From NCBI RefSeq assembly GCF_009914755.1, contig NC_060931.1: a stretch of DNA of 64,000 nt. One strand, 5' to 3'. Below, piece by piece: positions 56,956-64,000 of the stretch (position 1 is its first letter; each line of letters opens with the position of its first letter). Source of the stretch: the human T2T-CHM13v2.0 reference genome, Homo sapiens. Under the pieces are notes generated by a model. It saw nothing but the letters and a program-made list of their open reading frames with translations. It did not search any database and was not told where the DNA came from. A program made the translations under genes and the position numbers.

Positions 56956-57139
56956 TTATTCTATTGTACCATCACCTTATTATGTCTGAGCAGTATTTGT
57001 TTGATGTAGGCTAAAAGGTGAGAAGAGAGAAACAGAAAACTGTGATCATGATTATGCCTTCCAAGGGGCCTAATATTGAACTGTACTAGGTCGACTATTA
57101 ACAGACTAAAAATGTTTGAAAGCGCATATGCAACAAAAG

Positions 57140-57500
57140 TGGTTTTTATCCCAAGAAAAGCCCTGGATAGGCTGCCTGGTCCTTGGGTTGCTGTCTTCCA
57201 TGAGGTGATTCAGAGACACGGGCTGCTTGGGTCCTGCAGTTGTACTGTCTACCAGCTCGCCTGCAGTCAGCTTTCGGAAGGAAAAAGGAATGAGGAGGGA
57301 GCCCACCTACCTCTTACAACCCTGGACTGGCCTGGCCCAGAAGCATCCCATGTCATTTCCACCACCCTTCCACCGAAGAGAACTTGTCACATGGCCATGT
57401 GGCCATGCCTACCTGGAAAGAGGGTTGGAAATACAATTCCTGGCTGGGGTTTAAATGTGTATTTTAGAAATGAAAATAGATTTTCGTGGACAGCCAGCTC
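57140..57500 (-). mobile_element. Old MLT1 LTR fragment
   Basis: ggcccagaagca…catgtcatttcc…gtcacatggcc. Confidence 0.55.
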
Positions 57501-58125
57501 AGCTGCCTCAGAGGCCTTCTTAAGCTGCATTAGCTTAGACTTTCTTATTTAGCCACATCCTGATTCAATGTGAATGGGCCTAGTTGTTACTTTTAAGAGA
57601 AAGATAGATCTACAGAGCTGAATCCTTTTTCAGTAGATAGAGGAAGTAACTTTCTGAATAGAGTTCAGTTAAGAAGGAATTGCTAGGGACTTTCTTGCTA
57701 GAAGAAAATCTGCCCTCATTTGTACTAGAGAGGTAAAAGAATGCAGGGTTCAAGGAAGACGGACTTTCACATGGTACTCCCAGCAATTTCATGAGATCCA
57801 AAGCACATGGATCTCAGGACTTTGAGTGAGGAAGGAACTGTCCTTCTCAAAGCATTGCAGCCTGATAAGGGCTGAAAAGGAGGAGGGACTTGGCAGAGGA
57901 CCTGTTAAGTAATCCTCTGGCTGTTCGCCTTGCAATCAGAACATTGTGTAGGTTTGATAAATTTCATGTTTTTCAAAAAAATTCTCTATTCATAGTTACA
58001 CAAGAAACTGTGATGAGATCCCCTTAAGAGAATATTAATGCTATCAATACAGTTACTATTATTCCAGCACCTTTAGCTCACTCTTGCCACTCTTTGGCGC
58101 TCTACTTTTTAATATAAACCATACA

Positions 58126-58215
58126 TAGAGAGACAGGAGCCCCAAGAACAGGGAGGCTGGCCAAGCTGGAAAAATAATCAAAGCATTCTCTGTCCCTGGA
58201 GCCCCAGCCGTAAGT
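58126..58215. repeat. Duplicated module, copy B
   Basis: 26-nt identity with 54810-54835 plus downstream homology. Confidence 0.9.
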
Positions 58216-59844
58216 GGACAAACTTCAGTTGCCGGAAGCCAAGACCACTGGAGAGAAGAAAATTGCTAGTACCAGTGTGGGAGTTGTACTGTCGTCTTCT
58301 CTTTTATAAGCATGGTCACGAATGACATGTGATTTGAAACCACAATTTACTACCGTAATAAAGTTTCTAAAATTACTGCAGTCGGACTCCAATCGTATTG
58401 AACAGTCAATTGATTCTGGGTTAAAACATGCTTACATCACAAAATAATGACCGGTTTGAGAAAAATAAGGTTGTCTTCAGGAGCCAATATCTCAGTGCAA
58501 GACGGACACTATTAAAATTCTTTAGGGGAAAATAAATTGCTGATTTGCTAAGTGTGCTTGAAGCAATATCACCTTACATCTGCCTAATGTTCTTTCCTCA
58601 CAGCCTCCCAGTGAAATAGGTAAAGCAGGAATTTCGACTTTATAGAGAAGGATCTAGGGATATGAGAATCCATCATGTGAGAACATTTTAGATAAGTAGC
58701 GGAACCCAATTCATAAAACTCTTTACACTGCTCCAAGTAAAACAGGGCAGCCAGTGGATTGACACACACTGTTTTTAAAGACCAGATTTAGAGGTATGCT
58801 CACTCAAATCTGTTAATTCTGATCAGTGTGAAGAACGAAGTTAGTGCTTTTGGATATTAAGATAGTTGGTATAGGCAAACAATGAAATTTAAAAGCAGTC
58901 ACTCGACTGTAAGTATTTCTTTCTTACAGGAAACTGTTTTTGCAGTCTTATGGCAAATTTTGAGGCCCAACTCTCACCCTTTTGCATGTTTTCCTGTAGG
59001 AAGTAAATGAATTCTTTGTTTTGTATTTTGTTAGCACTTTCTAAAGTATTTGTTTTCATTTGGTTTTATCCATTGCAAGGCAATTGTTACTGATTTTATT
59101 CTTTGTCGTTGAATCATCTCCAAGGTTATAAGTTATGTTAAAAAACAACTTAGCCTTTAATGCTTCAAAAACTTTAAAAGGTGGGTAGTGGGAACATCAA
59201 CCACTGTGTTCTCTCATATAATCGGGAGCTGGGAGAAATCACAGCAGATTTTGACAGTGTCCTCAGTACCAGCAGACCTTCCTGCAGAAGGGTGTCCAAA
59301 CTTCCTGGGCTTTATTCCTCTATTAAATGTTCTACCAACTCCCCCAACTCTTCTCTTTACTCAACCCTTGACATGAAACACCTTTCTACTGTGTAGTCCA
59401 TTAGGGTGTAAATCACACCAAAGAATTTTTGCTCAACCACTTTGCTAGATAGATTGGAAAGAAACACCATTTATTGCATACTAATCAAACTGTAATTGCC
59501 TGTCTTCCTGATAAATTGACCATGAATAAGGTAGGTCTCTTTGACTGACAGTCTTGGGAATGTGCATTGCAGTCTTTATAGGCATGACATGCTTCTGATA
59601 AGAAAGCAGGCTTGCTGTGAGGAAGGAAACAATGTTTCCCTCTTTTGAAGGGACTGATTTTCACAATTTTCACTTGCATCATAAATAGGTGTTGGCAAAA
59701 GTATCACTCACTGATTATGTACATGGCAGATAGAGAAGCATGTTACTTTTAGTTTAAAAAACAACCTTGTTGCCATGTTGATTTAATCAGAGTTCTGTTT
59801 GTTTGTGTCTTCTCATCTAATGTGTAATCAGAACCCCTTAATAG

Positions 59845-60334
<490 letters not shown>

Positions 60335-60339
60335 TAAAA

Positions 60340-60760
60340 TATATTAACCAAGCGAGGTCCACCGTTTATTCAGATTTTCCTAGTTTTTGCTCAATGCCTC
60401 CTTTCTGTTCCAGGATCCCATCCAGGATACCACATTACATTTAGTCACTGTATTTCCTTAGGTTTTTCCAGTCTCTGGCAGTTTCTCCAACTTTGCTCGT
60501 TCTTGATGATCTTGACAGTTTGAAGGGGCACTGGTTAGGTATTTTGTAATATGTTCTTCAGTTGGATGTTTCTGATGTTTTTCTCATGGTTAGACTGATG
60601 ATGAGTTTGAGGAGGAAGACAGCAGAAGTGAAGTCCCACTCTCATACCATGTGAAGGGCCCATGCCATCAGCATGGCGTGTCACTGTTGATGCTGAACTT
60701 GATCACCGCTGAGGTAGTACTTATCAGCTATCTCCACTGTAAAGTTACTCCGTTTCTCTT
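60340..60760 (-). mobile_element. L1MC3/4-type 3' end fragment
   Basis: ctgttccaggatcccatccaggataccacattacatttag. Confidence 0.8.
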
Positions 60761-61112
60761 TGTTTTTGTACTACTTCTACCTATTTTAACTCTAGCTGTC
60801 CTGCAAGTGCTGTCTCAGGGTTCACTCCTTCTGGGTATCTTCTCTTAAATCTGACCAACTTAGTGGAATGTTTCACCACAGACATAATTTCAAATAGCCC
60901 AGTTATTGAGAATTGCATTAGGAAGGAAGGCGGGATGTGCTCACCACCTCTTAGCTGAGTGACTCCCTCTGTGATTCCATCACATCTCACAACTGTAGTC
61001 TTTTACACATGAATAAATCCCCAAAACTCTTCCCAGCATTTCTTTCTGGTCAACAGTGGAGAAAGGCCTTGTGACATTGAGAAGAGAAGTTGGCCATGTA
61101 GTCATGAGTTAG

Positions 61113-61419
<307 letters not shown>

Positions 61420-61894
61420 CAGTGGCTATTTCTAAGAGACCTATCTCTCTAAAAAAAAAATCTCTAGAAAAACTTGTATTTAAAAATTATGAAGGCAACT
61501 CGAGGGAGAATATAGGATGCCAACGGTGTCTCCTGACCTTAGCCTTTGCGATTAGGTGCTGATTGTGTGAAATCCGGCTTGATCATTTGCTTTAACCATA
61601 CTGGGCAACATTGTCCTTGCCTGGAGGATGTTTATATTTATTTTACCATGGCATCAAACTTTTTAGGATATTAATAAAGTTTGGATGTAAGATCTAATGA
61701 AATTAAGTGTTCTTTATCTTAGGAAAACATCATTTTGTTTTGCATTTGCAGGCGGAGTTAGCATTTAGATATTCAGGTTTGGGACTATGAAGGTCTATTC
61801 TCATTCTGGCTAATATATAATTCCTTAACTTAATGGTTCTGTTGTTGAAAGTGCTTGCTCTAGCGCTGTATTCCTACACAGTAGCCTAGACTAT

Positions 61895-62092
61895 TGGTCG
61901 AGGGGGAGGATTTATCCCTTAGGAAACACTTAACAATTTCTGGAGACATTTGTGGTTGTCACAACTGGGTGGGGGCCACATTTGCCATCTTGTGAGTGAA
62001 GGCCAGGGATGCTGGTAAACATCCTGAAATTCACAACCTCTCACAGCAAAGAGTTATCTGACCCACAATGCCAACAGTGCTAGATATGGGAA
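61895..62092 (+). mobile_element. MER20 (hAT-Charlie)
   Basis: tctggagacattt…ggttgtcacaactggg…ggccagggatgctg…aaacatcct. Confidence 0.85.
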
Positions 62093-62350
62093 GGTTAATT
62101 GGTTGGCCACATTACCTTTGCTTCTTGTCTGGGGCAGCTTTCCCTAGACCCTGAGGCATGTTGTATATATACTTAATTTTGTTAGATCATCCCAGAGAAC
62201 ATCTGCGGCCCTAGGTCAGCTTCACAATGAGTCTAACTTCTAGATCAGTGGTTTCCATTGAGCCTGTGTGAACACGAAGATCTTTTTTAATGACCAGAAT
62301 TTTTAGTCTTATAATTTTTGAGCTCTTATTATTTAAGAACCGAGAAAATC

Positions 62351-62383
62351 CTCGGTTCTCGGCCTTTTGGCTAAGATCAAGTG
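62351..62383 (+). pseudogene. RNU2: U2 snRNA 3'-truncated retropseudogene (nt 1-33); symbol refers to the parent gene
   Basis: CTCGGTTCTCGGCCTTTTGGCTAAGATCAAGTG matches U2 nt 1-33 at 31/33; 15-bp TSD AAGAAC(C/T)GAGAAAAT. Confidence 0.93.
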
Positions 62384-63524
62384 AAGAACTGAGAAAATGT
62401 GTGATGATGCTAACATACATGCTATCTCGCATGCAGTGGCTGTGGATTTAGTAACATATCTCGAGTAATTTTCATTTTGTTGAACATAACATTTGGAAAA
62501 CAGTAGTACATATATATGTATATATGTGTGTGAGAGACCCATTATTTCATTATTCATTCTACAGATAGTACTTGGGTACACATGGATTTGATGGCCCCTA
62601 GCAGGAAATATTTGTCCTCATAGAGAAAACAGCCCACAGCTTAGGGACCATTGCTGATGAGGATCCCTTTGAAACAGAGATGACTTGGAGAACACTCACA
62701 TCTGTAGCTGAAACAAACAGTCTAGGAAATAGGGAAGGGCATCTCAGCCTCACATACAGTGCCCACTTATTAAATTTCTGCAAATGATGGGAGGTGCTCT
62801 GTTGTGGTTTTCATGCCTGTTGTTAAAGGAATCTGACAGCCGAGGCATCAGGCTGCTTTCTTCAGCCCTGGTGAGAGTAGGAGCTCTGGAGTGAAGCCAG
62901 TGAATAGAACTTTGCCAAGATTCTGAATCTTCTGGGACCATCTGTGTCTACTTTTTCAAAAAGCAGATTGTGTGAAATGACAGGTGGGTAGGACACAGAA
63001 GGTAATAGAGATGTGAATGAGAAGACTCTAGGAAGGGAGAGAGCAAGTACGGGTGCCAGCGGGAAGAGCCCAGCAGAAGATTGAGTGTCCTGGCAGCAGG
63101 ACTGAGAGGATGAGGTCACAAATGGCTTTTTTCTCTGGGAAGGAAGCCAGTGGTGTGTGAGTTGTGGCTTGGGTTCCAGATCTTAGATCAGTTTTCCTTA
63201 CACACAATATTAACGTTCATATTCCTTCCAGGAAACTATCAAGAGTAAATGGATCAACAGGCAGCCAATTGGAAGAGCCTCAGACATAGCAAGAGGGTGG
63301 CATGGAGGGAGAGGACATATAACCCTCTCTTTGGCAGCTGTGCCTACCACACTCTGGCCTTGAAGATTCTGCTTTGGCTCCCAGACTAGAGACCCTTTTG
63401 CATCTTTGCCATCAGTCTTTTTGGAATACAGCATCAGGCCTAAGGTCCCAGATGAACCTTAGGACAGCTTTCATTTTGAAAATTTTGGTTCTCAGTTCAC
63501 ATTTTCTAGCTTTCCATTGAGTGG

Positions 63525-63945
63525 TGTATCAGTTAGCTGTTGCTGTGTAACAAAACCCCTCTCAAATTTAGTGACTTCAAAGAATAACTTTTTGTGATTT
63601 GTGCCAAGCCTCTGGGTTGGCTAGGTGTTTCTGCTAGTCTGCACTCACTCATGCATCCATCACCGCAGTGGCAGGGTGACGGGCGGAGAGCTGGTCAAGG
63701 ATGGCCTCCAATAGATCCCTCATGTTCTTCCTTCCACTTCTTTACATCCTTCCATAAGGTTCACATGGGCATGTTTTCCTGGCAGTGGGTCCAGGAGAGA
63801 AAGAAAAAACATACAAGTGCTTCTACAAGCTGCTGCTTATGTCCAGTTTGCTGCTGAACCATTAGGAGGCGAGCCCCGGGACCGTGCCCCGAGTCAGCGT
63901 GGGAGGGCACTGTCACAATGTGGAGCCACTGATCCCATCACTCTG
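63525..63945 (-). mobile_element. MLT1 (J/K-like) LTR
   Basis: tgtatcagttagctgttgctgtgtaacaaa…ttagtgactt. Confidence 0.75.
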
Positions 63946-64000
63946 CCATTGCTGGTGAAATACAAGGAAGCCAGCTGACAGCTTCCGACGAGTTGCCAGA

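Noticed and set aside
62654-62710. Hammerhead ribozyme (CTGATGA…GAAAC, with a possible stem III ACAGA/TCTGT and GTA site)
   Set aside because: Stem II would be two G-U pairs plus one A-U, stem I cannot form, and a competing AGGGA/TCCCT hairpin sequesters the core

Overview
Primate (human-like) genomic DNA, intronic or intergenic, with no protein-coding exon I can support. The provided ORFs are by-products of Alu, L1, LTR and VNTR sequence or short chance frames. Roughly 55-65% of the window (estimated by eye) is interspersed repeat: about 20 Alu/FLAM/FRAM copies, four long old L1M elements on +, one L1PB-type element on -, L2 and MIR relics, MaLR/ERVL LTRs (THE1B, MSTA, MLT1) and DNA transposons (MER1A, MER58A, MER63A, MER46C, MER20). 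Subfamily names are recognised from memory, not from a RepeatMasker run, and boundaries without a target-site duplication (TSD) are approximate. Most notable: (1) a ~90-nt module present twice, 3.3 kb apart, in apparently unique DNA (54810 and 58126), with a perfectly identical 26-nt block and diverged remainder; (2) a perfect 13 x 38-bp minisatellite inside an MSTA LTR; (3) a CpG-rich ~90-bp foreign fragment at a deletion junction of a heavily rearranged L1; (4) a 30-bp alternating purine/pyrimidine VNTR dense in CACGTG/TACGTG; (5) a 33-nt U2 snRNA 5' retrocopy with a 15-bp TSD. I could not identify the locus or a host gene, and nothing here demonstrates a new biological system; the duplicated module is the best lead.
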